Assembly: GCA_900549285.1 (NCBI GenBank)
Contig: URNW01000001.1
Location: 32,252 to 96,251, forward strand
Reading direction: 5' to 3'
DNA length: 64,000 nucleotides
Origin: an uncultured Mycoplasmatota bacterium
Lineage (GTDB): Bacteria; Bacillota_I; Bacilli_A; RF39; UBA660
Shown: in pieces, positions 26,112 through 36,340 of the stretch
Position numbering within the stretch: the first letter of the stretch is position 1
How the letters are laid out: every line of letters starts with the position of its first letter
Position numbers and translations under genes: made by a program
The notes under the pieces: model-generated
The model's input: the letters and a program-made list of their open reading frames with translations, nothing else
The model's database searches: none
Told to the model about the DNA's origin: nothing

Positions 26112-28262
26112 TTATTTATGATCTTTTAAAGCTAAACATAAATCATCTGTAAATAAGATTTGTAGTTCATGTAGTGCTCTAGTCATAGAAACGTATAATA
26201 ATTTCATATCAATAACATGAGTAGAATGATATACATTTTCTGAGGCATTTGCAATAATGACTCCATCAAATTCTAGTCCTTTAGATAAGTAACTAGTAAT
26301 TGTACAAATACCACCTTGATATTTAGTATCTGCGGATGTAATATTAAAAAGGCTAATGCCATGATTTTTTAAATCAGAATAAATATGATAAGCTTCTTCT
26401 TGATCTTTACAAATAATCGCAATGCTTTGATATCCTTTATTTTGATAATCACTTAAAATAGAAAGAATGTAAGTAGAAGGACTATCTTTTATTTGTCTAT
26501 AATTAACTGAAACTCCATGTCTAATAACTGGCTCAGCTGTATTTAATCCTAAATATTTTGTAATATGATTCGCAGCATTCATAATTTCTGTTGTCGTTCG
26601 ATAGCTTTTAGTTAAATATTTAATTTCACCTTTCTGTAAAAAAGAGGAGACAATAATACATTCCCAATTATCAATGCTTCGATATTGATATATAGATTGA
26701 GCTAAGTCTCCAAAAATACTAAAAGTACTATTTGAAAGTAATTTTTTTAAAACAAAAAAATTAAATTCTCCATAATCTTGTGCTTCATCAATAACAGTGT
26801 GTCGATATTTGCTAAAATGTAGGGAACCATAAATACGATAATTTAAATAGATTAAAGCAGCTAAATCTTCAAATTCTACTTTCTTTGCTTTAATATTATT
26901 GATCACTTGATTAATAGAATGAGTATCATATTCATCTATATTTTCTAGGTAATTTTCAATGTTTTTTAAAAAAGAATGATATAAATTTAATATTTTAGGG
27001 AAGGCATTATGAAAATATTTTTTTAAAGAAGTTTTACAACCATTTTTTATTTCTTTTTCAATATATAAAAGATGTTTCCGCTCTTTTTCTATATTGCTAT
27101 GATCCATTTTTTCAATTCGCCTTCTAAATTGTTCATAAATAGAATCATGAATTTGCTCATAATGGTTCTTAATATATTTTCCTAATAATAAAATCATTCG
27201 CTCTATCTTTTGATTTACAATTTCATAATAGTGATCTTCTAATTCAGTATAAATTTTTTTTATAATAGAGTAGGGGATAATTTGATAATTATTTATTTTG
27301 AAATCCTCTTTTGGAAGAATATTTTCATCAAAATCTTTTAAGAACAGATCAATAGACTCTTTAAAAATCATTGAAACTCTCAATTTTTCAAATGATAATC
27401 TTTTAGAATTATGAATAGATTCAATCAATTTATTTTCATCTGTAATAAGAGAAAATTTTTCTTTCAGAAGTTGCTTTACGATTTCTTCATACGTAACTTG
27501 AGCAACATAATCCACATCTAAATCTGGTAAAACTCCTGAAATATAATTTACAAAAAATTTATTAGGGCCAATCACTAAATATTGTTCTGGTTGAATAAAA
27601 TCCATATTATTATAAACTAAATAGGCAATACGGTGTAAAGCAACGGTAGTCTTACCTGAACCTGCTACACCTTGAATAATTAAATTGTTTTGTAATCCAG
27701 CTCTAATAATTTCATTTTGCTCTGATTGAATAGTAGCAACAATATTTTTAAGACGACGATCATTATTAGCGTTTAAATAAGGCTTTAATATATCATCATT
27801 GGAAACAGTATCAACATCTTGAAAATTTAATAATGATCCATTTTCAATATCATACTGCCTTTTTAATAATAAATTTCCTACTACAAGTCCCTCTGGAGCA
27901 TAATATTCTGATGGTCCAATATTACTATCATAATATAATGTTGCAATAGGAGCTCTCCAATCAACTGTAACTAATTGATGATCATCATCTTGAACACCGA
28001 CTTTACCAATATAACATTCCACAGTATTATGATCTTCTGCACTTTGAAAATCAATTCTTGCAAAATAAGGCTTTTTCTTCGTTTTATTAAGCATAGATAA
28101 CCGTTTATGATATTGAAACAATAAACTATTCAATAATGCGGGGTTATCTTTATAAATACGAGGTAAAACTTGTAATTTCTGTTCGGTACTACTAATAATT
28201 TCTTGAAAACGGTTTAAAGTTTGTGATAAATATTTTTTCTCTTCTTCTAAATTCTTATACAT
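26112..28262 (-). CDS. helD: HelD-like (helicase IV / UvrD-family) DNA helicase.
   Basis: VTVDWRAPIA N-terminal motif. Walker A GVAGSGKTT. UvrD-like C-terminal motifs. Confidence 0.8.
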   Translation of the reverse strand: MYKNLEEEKKYLSQTLNRFQEIISSTEQKLQVLPRIYKDNPALLNSLLFQYHKRLSMLNKTKKKPYFARIDFQSAEDHNTVECYIGKVGVQDDDHQLVTVDWRAPIATLYYDSNIGPSEYYAPEGLVVGNLLLKRQYDIENGSLLNFQDVDTVSNDDILKPYLNANNDRRLKNIVATIQSEQNEIIRAGLQNNLIIQGVAGSGKTTVALHRIAYLVYNNMDFIQPEQYLVIGPNKFFVNYISGVLPDLDVDYVAQVTYEEIVKQLLKEKFSLITDENKLIESIHNSKRLSFEKLRVSMIFKESIDLFLKDFDENILPKEDFKINNYQIIPYSIIKKIYTELEDHYYEIVNQKIERMILLLGKYIKNHYEQIHDSIYEQFRRRIEKMDHSNIEKERKHLLYIEKEIKNGCKTSLKKYFHNAFPKILNLYHSFLKNIENYLENIDEYDTHSINQVINNIKAKKVEFEDLAALIYLNYRIYGSLHFSKYRHTVIDEAQDYGEFNFFVLKKLLSNSTFSIFGDLAQSIYQYRSIDNWECIIVSSFLQKGEIKYLTKSYRTTTEIMNAANHITKYLGLNTAEPVIRHGVSVNYRQIKDSPSTYILSILSDYQNKGYQSIAIICKDQEEAYHIYSDLKNHGISLFNITSADTKYQGGICTITSYLSKGLEFDGVIIANASENVYHSTHVIDMKLLYVSMTRALHELQILFTDDLCLALKDHK

Positions 28263-28366
28263 TCAATCCTCCAAATTCTAATCTATGCTAGCATAAAATG
28301 GCATTAAAGTCAATAAATTAAAAAGAATTTAAAATAAAAAAGCCCGTAAAGGCTTCATAAACTAAG

Positions 28367-28443
28367 TGGTGACTCCGGGGCGATTCGAACGCTCGACCGA
28401 TCGCTTAGAAGGCGATTGCTCTATCCAGCTGAGCTACGGAGTC
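28367..28443 (-). tRNA. tRNA-Arg (anticodon TCT).
   Basis: Reverse complement GACTCCGTAGCTCAGCTGGATAGAGCAATCGCCTTCTAAGCGATCGGTCGAGCGTTCGAATCGCCCCGGAGTCACCA forms a cloverleaf. Anticodon loop CTTCTAA. Promoter TTGCAA-17-TATAAT upstream on the minus strand (about 28452-28480). Terminator hairpin at about 28338-28362. Confidence 0.85.
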
Positions 28444-28652
28444 ATAACTAACAGCTACAAATAATTATAACGTATTTTTTCTTTTTTTGCAAGAAATTTT
28501 TTTAATTTCATAATTATTATAATCAATTTTTTATTTTATATTCTGTTATTGTTAAAAATATGATAGTAATAAATTTGATGATGCAGCTAAAACTAAAATC
28601 CTTCTTAGAAGAACAAAGTAAAATAACTTTTTTAATTCATTGAGTTAAGTAG

Positions 28653-28700
28653 TTGACTTTTTATTCCAAACAGTGTATATTTAGTTAGGCAGCTAACTAA
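28653..28700 (+). promoter_or_regulatory. marR promoter with a palindromic operator.
   Basis: TTGACT, 17-nt spacer, TATATT. A perfect inverted repeat TTAGTTAG-gcag-CTAACTAA (28681-28700) lies between the -10 and the RBS. Confidence 0.45.
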
Positions 28701-28711
28701 AAGGAGAAAAT

Positions 28712-29185
28712 ATGAAGCTAAATATTATTGAAGAAATTAAAGCTTTAGAAGTAGAAATAGGCAAAAGACTATTTCAAGAAGCTAAAGTATTAGAGTTAAA
28801 AAGACCACCAAGTCCATTACAAGCTAAAGTATTGAAATATATTTTAGAACATAAAGAAAAAACAATTCGTCAGAAGGATTTAGAAATGAGTTTAAAAGTA
28901 AGTAAAGCAACCATATCAGAAGTATTACTTACTATGGAAAAAGGTAAAATCATAAAAAGAGTGAGTGTCCCAGAAGATGCAAGAGCAAAAAGAATTGTTT
29001 TAACAAATACTAGCTTAGAAAGATTAAAAGAGTTAGAAAAAAACTTTGAAGTTATCAATGATGAATTGCTTTATAATATATCAAATGAAGAGTTAGCCCA
29101 ATTTTTAAATATTTTAAAGAAAATGCAACAAAATATGAAAGAGAGAGGAGAAACAAATGTTAAAGTTATTAAAAAATTTAACTAA
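28712..29185 (+). CDS. MarR-family transcriptional regulator.
   Basis: Winged-HTH pattern. Precedes two ABC exporter genes. Confidence 0.8.
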   Translation: MKLNIIEEIKALEVEIGKRLFQEAKVLELKRPPSPLQAKVLKYILEHKEKTIRQKDLEMSLKVSKATISEVLLTMEKGKIIKRVSVPEDARAKRIVLTNTSLERLKELEKNFEVINDELLYNISNEELAQFLNILKKMQQNMKERGETNVKVIKKFN

Positions 29186-30917
29186 AAAAGATTATTTACT
29201 AATTTTAATTAGTACAATACTTATTGTATTTCAAGTTTGGCTAGATTTAAGATTGCCAGATTATATGGCAAATATTACTAGTTTAATTCAAAACGAAGAA
29301 ACAGCCTTAGGGGGAATTTTAAAAAATGGTGGTTACATGCTTTTATGTGCTGGAGGAAGTTTAATATCTGCTGTAATTGTCGGATATATTACTTCTATGA
29401 TTTCTGCCAAGTTTTCCTCAAATGTGCGAAAAAAATTATATAATCAAGTAGAAAATTTTGGAATGGAAGAAATTAAGAACTTTTCTACTAGTAGCTTAAT
29501 TACAAGAACAACTAATGATATTACTAATGTTCAAATGCTATTATCTATGGGACTTCAATTATTAATTAAAGCACCTATAACAGCAGTATGGGCTATATTT
29601 AAAATATTAAATAAAGGATGGCAATGGAGTTTAATAACAGGCATTGCTGTATTAGTCTTATTATTTATGGTAGTATTATTAATGATTTTAGTAATACCAA
29701 AATTTAAAAGAGTTCAAAAATTAATTGATAAAATAAATAATCGTACAAGAGAACAATTAACAGGAATAAGAGTAGTTAGAGCATTTAATGCTGAAAAGTA
29801 TCAAGAAGATAAATTTGCTGAAGAAAACAATGAATTAACTAAAATTCAAATGTTTAATCAAAGAATGATGTCTTTAATGTCGCCAATTATGTATTTAATC
29901 ATGAATTTGCTTACATTAGGAATTTATTTTATTGGTGCAAGTCTTATTAACGAAGCAGGATTGTTAGATAAAATAGACATATTTAGTAATATGGTAGTAT
30001 TTTCAAGTTATGCAATGCAAGTAATTATGGCCTTTTTAATGTTATCAATGATTTTTATTATGTATCCAAGGGCAAGTGTATCAGCGACAAGAATTAATGA
30101 AGTATTAGATACAGTACCAACGATTAAAGAAGGGAATTTTGCTCAAAAAACAAAAACAGTTGGAAAAGTAGAATTTAAAAATGTATCTTTTAAATATCCA
30201 GATGGAGAAGAATATGTATTAAAAAACATTTCTTTTGTTGCAAATAAAGGGGATACTGTAGCATTTATTGGTTCAACTGGATCAGGGAAATCAACGTTAG
30301 TGAATTTATTATTAAGATTTTATGATGTAACAGAAGGAGAAATTTTAATTGATGATATAAATATTAAGGAATATCAATTAGAAGAATTATATAATAAATT
30401 TGGATATGTTCCCCAAAAAGCTATAATGTTTAGAGGATCTATCGTAGAAAATGTAAATTATGGAGTAAACGGAAGAACAAAAGCTAGTAATAAGAAAGTA
30501 GAAGAGGCAATTAAGGTAGCTCAAGCCGAAGAATTTGTAAATAAACTAGAAGGAAAATACGAATATCAAATTGCTAGAGGCGGAACAAATCTATCAGGCG
30601 GACAAAAACAAAGAGTTTCCATTGCTAGAGCAATAGCTCGCGATCCTGAAATATTTATTTTTGATGATTGCTTTAGTGCTTTAGACTATAAAACCGATTA
30701 TTTATTACGCCATGAATTACACAAATATACTAAAGATGCTACAAGTTTAATTGTCGCTCAAAGAATAGGTACAATTAAAAATGCTAATACAATTTTGGTT
30801 TTAGATAGTGGAGAATGTATTGGTAAAGGAACCCATAAAGAATTATTAAAAACATGTAAGATATATCAAGAAATAGCTTATTCTCAAGCATCAAAGGAGG
30901 AGTTAGATAATGAATAA
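29157..30917 (+). CDS. ABC exporter, fused TMD-NBD (heterodimer subunit A).
   Basis: Six TM segments plus Walker A GSTGSGKST and signature LSGGQKQR. Confidence 0.85.
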   Translation: MLKLLKNLTKKDYLLILISTILIVFQVWLDLRLPDYMANITSLIQNEETALGGILKNGGYMLLCAGGSLISAVIVGYITSMISAKFSSNVRKKLYNQVENFGMEEIKNFSTSSLITRTTNDITNVQMLLSMGLQLLIKAPITAVWAIFKILNKGWQWSLITGIAVLVLLFMVVLLMILVIPKFKRVQKLIDKINNRTREQLTGIRVVRAFNAEKYQEDKFAEENNELTKIQMFNQRMMSLMSPIMYLIMNLLTLGIYFIGASLINEAGLLDKIDIFSNMVVFSSYAMQVIMAFLMLSMIFIMYPRASVSATRINEVLDTVPTIKEGNFAQKTKTVGKVEFKNVSFKYPDGEEYVLKNISFVANKGDTVAFIGSTGSGKSTLVNLLLRFYDVTEGEILIDDINIKEYQLEELYNKFGYVPQKAIMFRGSIVENVNYGVNGRTKASNKKVEEAIKVAQAEEFVNKLEGKYEYQIARGGTNLSGGQKQRVSIARAIARDPEIFIFDDCFSALDYKTDYLLRHELHKYTKDATSLIVAQRIGTIKNANTILVLDSGECIGKGTHKELLKTCKIYQEIAYSQASKEELDNE

Positions 30918-32685
30918 TAAAAAGAAAAACATGGAAAAGCCTAAAGACTTAGTTTTAGGTACTAAGAAATTAATTCAATATTTACATTCCTTCTTGCCAA
31001 TAATTATAATTGCTTTTATTATTTCAGCTTTAAGTTCAATATTATCTATAATAGGTCCCAATAAATTATCAGATTTAACAGATGTAATCACTGCAGGCCT
31101 TTTAACCTCTATTGATTTAGAAAAAGTAGCCAAAATTTCCTTATTTTTATTAGGATTATATTTATTTAGTGCATTATTTAATTTTATTTCTGGCTTTATT
31201 ATGGCAACTGTTGCTAATAAATTTGCTAAGAATCTAAGAAAAAATATTTCTAAAAAAATAAATAGATTACCACTCAAGTATTTTGATCAACATAGTTATG
31301 GGGATATTTTATCACGTGTAACAAACGATATTGATACAATTGGACAATCTATGAATCAAAGTTTAGCTGCTTTAATTGGTGCCATTACTTTATTCATAGG
31401 TAGCATTATTATGATGTTTGTAACAAACTGGATAATGGCTATTACCGCAATTGCTGCATCTCTAATTGGTTTTGGTTTTATGTTTGTTATATTAATGAAA
31501 TCGCAAAGTTATTTTGAAAAAAGACAAACTAAATTAGGAAAACTAAATGATCATATTGAAGAGATTTATTCTTCTTTAAATGTAGTAAAAGCTTATAATG
31601 GTAAAAAAGAAGCAGGAAAAGAATTTGATAAATTAAATGCTTCAGTATATGATGCTAATTTAAAAAGTCAATTCTTATCTGGATTAATGCAACCGATAAT
31701 GAGTTTTATTGGTAATTTTGGATATGTAGCTGTATGTGTAGTAGGGGCTATATTAGCAATAAACGGGCATATTACTTTTGGTGTGATTGTTGCTTTTATG
31801 ATTTATGTTCGTCTATTTACCAACCCACTTACTCAGATTGCACAAGGAGTAACTAGCATGCAAAGCACAATCGCCGCAAGTGAAAGGGTATTTGAGTTTT
31901 TAGAAAGTGAAGAAATGCCTATTGAAAAAACCAATAAAAAGCTAAATAGAGAAAGTGTAAAAGGAAATATTAGTTTTGATCATGTAAAATTCGGTTATAA
32001 TGAAGATAAAATCATTATTAAAGATTTCTCCTTAGATGTAAAATCAGGTGAAAAAATAGCCATAGTTGGTCCAACTGGAGCAGGAAAAACAACTCTAGTA
32101 AATCTTTTGATGAAATTTTATGATATAAATGCAGGTGAAATTAAAATTGATGGAATATCAACACGTGAATTAACAAGAGAAAATATTCATGATTTATTCA
32201 TCATGGTTCTTCAAGATACATGGCTATTTAATGGTACTATTAAAGAAAATATTGTTTATAATAAAGAAAATGTTAGTGATGAAAAAATAATTGAAGCTTT
32301 AAAAACAGTAGGAGTATACCACTTCGTTAAGTCATTACCTGGAGGTTTAAACTATGAAATCAATGATTCTGAAAGCATTTCTGCTGGTCAAAAACAACTT
32401 TTGACAATTGCCAGAGGAATGATTAAAGATGCTCCATTTCTAATTTTAGATGAAGCAACCAGTAGTGTAGATACAAGAACAGAAGAATTGGTTCAACAAG
32501 CCATGGATAAACTTACAGAAGGTAGAACTTCATTCATCATTGCTCACCGCCTTTCAACAATTAAAAATGCTGATAAAATTTTAGTTATGAAAGAAGGAAA
32601 TGTAGTTGAACAAGGAACTCATGAAGAACTATTAGAAAAAAATGGTGCTTATGCTGAGCTATACAATTCACAATTTCAAAATTAA
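30910..32685 (+). CDS. ABC exporter, fused TMD-NBD (heterodimer subunit B).
   Basis: TMD plus Walker A GPTGAGKTT and signature ISAGQKQL. Confidence 0.85.
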   Translation: MNNKKKNMEKPKDLVLGTKKLIQYLHSFLPIIIIAFIISALSSILSIIGPNKLSDLTDVITAGLLTSIDLEKVAKISLFLLGLYLFSALFNFISGFIMATVANKFAKNLRKNISKKINRLPLKYFDQHSYGDILSRVTNDIDTIGQSMNQSLAALIGAITLFIGSIIMMFVTNWIMAITAIAASLIGFGFMFVILMKSQSYFEKRQTKLGKLNDHIEEIYSSLNVVKAYNGKKEAGKEFDKLNASVYDANLKSQFLSGLMQPIMSFIGNFGYVAVCVVGAILAINGHITFGVIVAFMIYVRLFTNPLTQIAQGVTSMQSTIAASERVFEFLESEEMPIEKTNKKLNRESVKGNISFDHVKFGYNEDKIIIKDFSLDVKSGEKIAIVGPTGAGKTTLVNLLMKFYDINAGEIKIDGISTRELTRENIHDLFIMVLQDTWLFNGTIKENIVYNKENVSDEKIIEALKTVGVYHFVKSLPGGLNYEINDSESISAGQKQLLTIARGMIKDAPFLILDEATSSVDTRTEELVQQAMDKLTEGRTSFIIAHRLSTIKNADKILVMKEGNVVEQGTHEELLEKNGAYAELYNSQFQN

Positions 32686-32706
32686 AGCCTAAATGGCTTT
32701 TTTTCT
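32684..32706 (+). terminator. Rho-independent terminator.
   Basis: AAAGCC-taaat-GGCTTT followed by TTTTTT. Confidence 0.6.
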
Positions 32707-32777
32707 ATGACAATTGCTTTAAAAGAAAATGACAAATATTAAATGAGAAATTTATAAATTATTAAGTTTATAGTGTG

Positions 32778-33914
32778 TTATTTTTTTAAAATGCTGAATA
32801 TTTCAAATATAACAATTATAATCCCTATTATGATGTACATTATATATATGCTTGTAAATTTTAATAAAATGGTCATTGCTATGCTGAATAAAAATCCAAA
32901 TATTCCTAATATAAATTGATTTATTGATTCAATAGTTACTCTTGATTTAGAAGAAATATGGTGGTGTAGCTCCGATATCATAATATTGTCAAAACTTTCT
33001 GAAAAAATATAGATTAATAATATGAAAATAATACCTATATAATTGTTTAGTATACCTATTAGTAATATGCATGTGCCAGCAATAAGTGGATGAAACTTTA
33101 AAATTAAATTGTATTTGTTTCTTTTTGTTATGCTTCCTATATAACTTCCAATAATACAAAATAATAATATGCATGCTGTGTAAATGCCAATGATAAATAT
33201 TGGTATACCAATATTTGTTGAATATTCAGGATGACTTTCTTCTAACAATTTTATACCAGAAAATAGCATAGCACTTTTAAGCATTAATTTTAATATATAA
33301 GGATTATTTTTCACTTCTTTTATTCCATTTTTTAAAACTGATATACTGGCTTCGATATTTTTCTTTTTTTCATTGTTGTTTACATTGAGCATTAATAGAA
33401 TAAAAAAATCAGCAATAAAAGGTATTAGCGTTATATAATATGTATAAACTAGACCAAATTTTTGGCCAATAAAACCGCCAATTATCATGGCTATCATGTA
33501 TGAAATATTGTAACAAGAGGAATTATAAAATAATATTTTATTAAACTTTTTCTTATTTTTTAGACTTTCATATAATAATGAATTTATTATTCCAGAACTT
33601 AGAGAATTATTTAAAGCATTGAGTATTATAGCAATCAAAAATGTTAGATAGTTGTGGGAATTTATAAAGATTATTGTTGAAGTGATAAAAAGTAAATTGC
33701 TGGTTATTAATATTGCTTTTTTGTTATGTTTGTCAGCCAAAATTCCAAAGGGAATTTCAAATAATAAATTAACTAAGAATGCTATTCCAACAAAACTTAT
33801 GTATTGACTAGAGGTTAGGCCACGTTCAATATAAAATAGTGTGTCGCATATGTAGAATAGTATAAAAGTTGATAAAAATGTATGAATGTAAATTAATATT
33901 ATATTTTTTTTCAT
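32778..33914 (-). CDS. MFS-type transporter.
   Basis: Predicted 12-TM protein. The ADKHNKK loop matches the MFS loop 2-3 motif. Confidence 0.7.
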   Translation of the reverse strand: MKKNIILIYIHTFLSTFILFYICDTLFYIERGLTSSQYISFVGIAFLVNLLFEIPFGILADKHNKKAILITSNLLFITSTIIFINSHNYLTFLIAIILNALNNSLSSGIINSLLYESLKNKKKFNKILFYNSSCYNISYMIAMIIGGFIGQKFGLVYTYYITLIPFIADFFILLMLNVNNNEKKKNIEASISVLKNGIKEVKNNPYILKLMLKSAMLFSGIKLLEESHPEYSTNIGIPIFIIGIYTACILLFCIIGSYIGSITKRNKYNLILKFHPLIAGTCILLIGILNNYIGIIFILLIYIFSESFDNIMISELHHHISSKSRVTIESINQFILGIFGFLFSIAMTILLKFTSIYIMYIIIGIIIVIFEIFSILKK

Positions 33915-34434
33915 CTTTGTTTACCTCAATTTGTATTTTATATATTATATAATAAAATTTAAAGAAAATATATATAGTCTTTAAAAAAATCAAAGACTTA
34001 TAGATTTATATAAAAAAGTTATTGAATTAGTAAAACATTATAAATTATTATAATTACAAGTACAACTTTAATTAAGAATATGGATTAGTCTTAACATTTA
34101 CTTCATTAATAACTGATATTCAACGGAATATGGCTTTATCTATTGGAATAGTAGCCAAAATTGATATTAGTCAGAATACTTTAAATTATAAAGAACATTT
34201 AAAGAATGCTTATAAGCTTTATACAATGCTAGCAATAAGTGTTTTATTTTTATTTAGTATCTTATATAACTATATGAACCAAATCTAAAAATTATCTTAA
34301 TTTGTCTTTGTTTTCGTATTTTAGATTGTTTAAATGTAAATAAAAAAATTAGCTAGGATGCAGCTAATATGAATTCAGTAAAACTAGGATTTGAATATGA
34401 TTCTCCATATCCTATTTATTATTTTGAAAAATAA

Positions 34435-35379
34435 TTATTCTTCTTTAAAAGTTTCGATAATTTCATCATCTACTTTAAAAATAACTTCTTCTATATTTAA
34501 AGTATCCTGTAAAGATAAGGAAATAGAGTATTTGACTTCCTCTAGGATGTTTTTTTCATCAAAATCATCAAAAATAGCATTGTTAAAACTAAGAGTAATT
34601 TGATTTTCTAGCTCTTCATAGCTTTCCAACTCTACACTACTAGCAAGATAACTCATAAGATTAGTCTCATAAATAGGACTGGATTTTAACTCATCAATAA
34701 TGATTTCAATTTTATTTTCTTCTTGTTGATTAGAAACTTTTGTAACAGGAACATAATAAATTAGATCTTCAAATTTTCCAATATAGTAAATAGTCGTTTT
34801 AGTTAAATCTCTAAAACTTGTAATATCATATACTTTATTAATTCCGTATCCTCTATCTAAAGTATTAGGAAGATTAATATTAGTTTGGGGAAGGGTATCT
34901 AGTTTATTTCCTTCAACAAAGATCATAATTTGTTGAATTTCTTTTATTTCAGTTAAAGTATAAACAATAGCTTCAATCATCTTTTCTTCTAAATCTTTAG
35001 AAATAGTTAAAATATCTTTAGAGAAGTTAATCTTTAATAGACCATTTTCAAGTGATACGTCTAAGACCTTCGTATTTTTGGGAATAATTTGTTTAAAATG
35101 TTCAGATATATATTCTTTTTTATTACTATCAATGGTTAATGCCTCTAATAGCTCTTTAACTAATTGAATAGTATCGCTATTTTGAGTAGCAATATTAGTA
35201 CGGATAACATATAAATCACTATTAAGTAAATAAATAGGAGTCTCATTAGCACTAACATATTCAACACTTTGTCTAAAAGATATCTTTTCATCATTATTAG
35301 GAAAAAAATATAAGACTCCAACAATTATAAGAGCCAAAGTAGAAACTGTGATTCTCCTTAAAGCAGATTTTTTAAGCAT
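34435..35379 (-). CDS. Membrane-anchored extracytoplasmic protein, GerM-like.
   Basis: N-terminal signal anchor. Adjacent to a GerE-like regulator. Assignment tentative. Confidence 0.35.
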   Translation of the reverse strand: MLKKSALRRITVSTLALIIVGVLYFFPNNDEKISFRQSVEYVSANETPIYLLNSDLYVIRTNIATQNSDTIQLVKELLEALTIDSNKKEYISEHFKQIIPKNTKVLDVSLENGLLKINFSKDILTISKDLEEKMIEAIVYTLTEIKEIQQIMIFVEGNKLDTLPQTNINLPNTLDRGYGINKVYDITSFRDLTKTTIYYIGKFEDLIYYVPVTKVSNQQEENKIEIIIDELKSSPIYETNLMSYLASSVELESYEELENQITLSFNNAIFDDFDEKNILEEVKYSISLSLQDTLNIEEVIFKVDDEIIETFKEE

Positions 35380-35451
35380 TTATATCACCAATAAATATAT
35401 ACGTGAATACCATCTTTTTAAGTACTAAAAAATCTCCCGTAGGAGATTAAA

Positions 35452-35670
35452 TTATATTTTTATTTCACCTAATTTCACTAATTCAACCAAAGCTCCAGCT
35501 CGTCCTTTAACCCCTAATTTCTGAATAGTATTAGATACATGATTTCTAACTGTTTTTTCACTAATTTTTAAAGTCTCAGCAATTTCTTTTGTTGTTTTAT
35601 TTAACACTAATAAATCAAATACTTCTTTTTCTCGAACTGTTAAAATACTTCTTTTCATTGGAATAATCAC
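35452..35670 (-). CDS. LuxR/GerE-family HTH regulator (72 aa).
   Basis: LTVREKEVFDLL...TKEIAETLKISEKTVRNHVSNTIQKLGV is a classic LuxR/GerE HTH. Confidence 0.75.
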   Translation of the reverse strand: MIIPMKRSILTVREKEVFDLLVLNKTTKEIAETLKISEKTVRNHVSNTIQKLGVKGRAGALVELVKLGEIKI

Positions 35671-35737
35671 TCATTTCTATTATGTTTCTAGTGTATTTTA
35701 TGATTATTCCTGAAAAATGGTTAAATAGATAGCCTAA

Positions 35738-36232
35738 TTAACCAAATTTTACAGTTATATATTTATCAGTATCATATAGCGCTTGAACACTTCTGATAAT
35801 ATTATTTGCAAGGGTAACATCATGCTTTGTACTAGCAACAGTAATAGTAATATTAGACTGATCAATCTGAACTACTGAATCCAATTTATATTGTTCTTTA
35901 ATAAGTTTAACGATAGTTTCTTTTTCACTTTCAGTTTTATTTAGAGTTTGTAATTCTTCATAAGCATCATTTTTTTCTTGTAAAGTGGCAACATCACTTA
36001 ATAAAATATTTTGTAACTCTTCCATTCTTTCTAATAATTTTTCTTCGTCTTGAACTTTTAAAGCAACTAAAGTATCATTTTCTTCACTAATTACTACATC
36101 AGTTGTATCAGTAATTTCATTGTTTACATTAAGAGTAGATAATGTATCATCAGACATAGTAAGATAATAAATACTAAGTACCATAATTAACGAAAATAAG
36201 GTTAAAAACCATAGATTTTGTTTATTAATCAT
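35738..36232 (-). CDS. SpoIIIAH/YscJ-like membrane protein (tentative).
   Basis: N-terminal TM, then a coiled stretch and a C-terminal beta-rich segment. Low-confidence resemblance to SpoIIIAH. Confidence 0.3.
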   Translation of the reverse strand: MINKQNLWFLTLFSLIMVLSIYYLTMSDDTLSTLNVNNEITDTTDVVISEENDTLVALKVQDEEKLLERMEELQNILLSDVATLQEKNDAYEELQTLNKTESEKETIVKLIKEQYKLDSVVQIDQSNITITVASTKHDVTLANNIIRSVQALYDTDKYITVKFG

Positions 36233-36340
36233 AAAATTTATCCTTTCTAAATTTACTAGATTATATGAAGAGAGTCATATTTTCAGAACAAAAAGGTAGT
36301 TTTATATCTTGTTAAGTGTTATAATAATATAGAGGTAATT

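Noticed and set aside
33915-34434. 520-bp AT-rich intergenic gap checked for a CRISPR array, IS termini or tandem repeats.
   Set aside because: No regularly spaced direct repeats or terminal inverted repeats seen. Only a start-less ORF remnant, reported separately.
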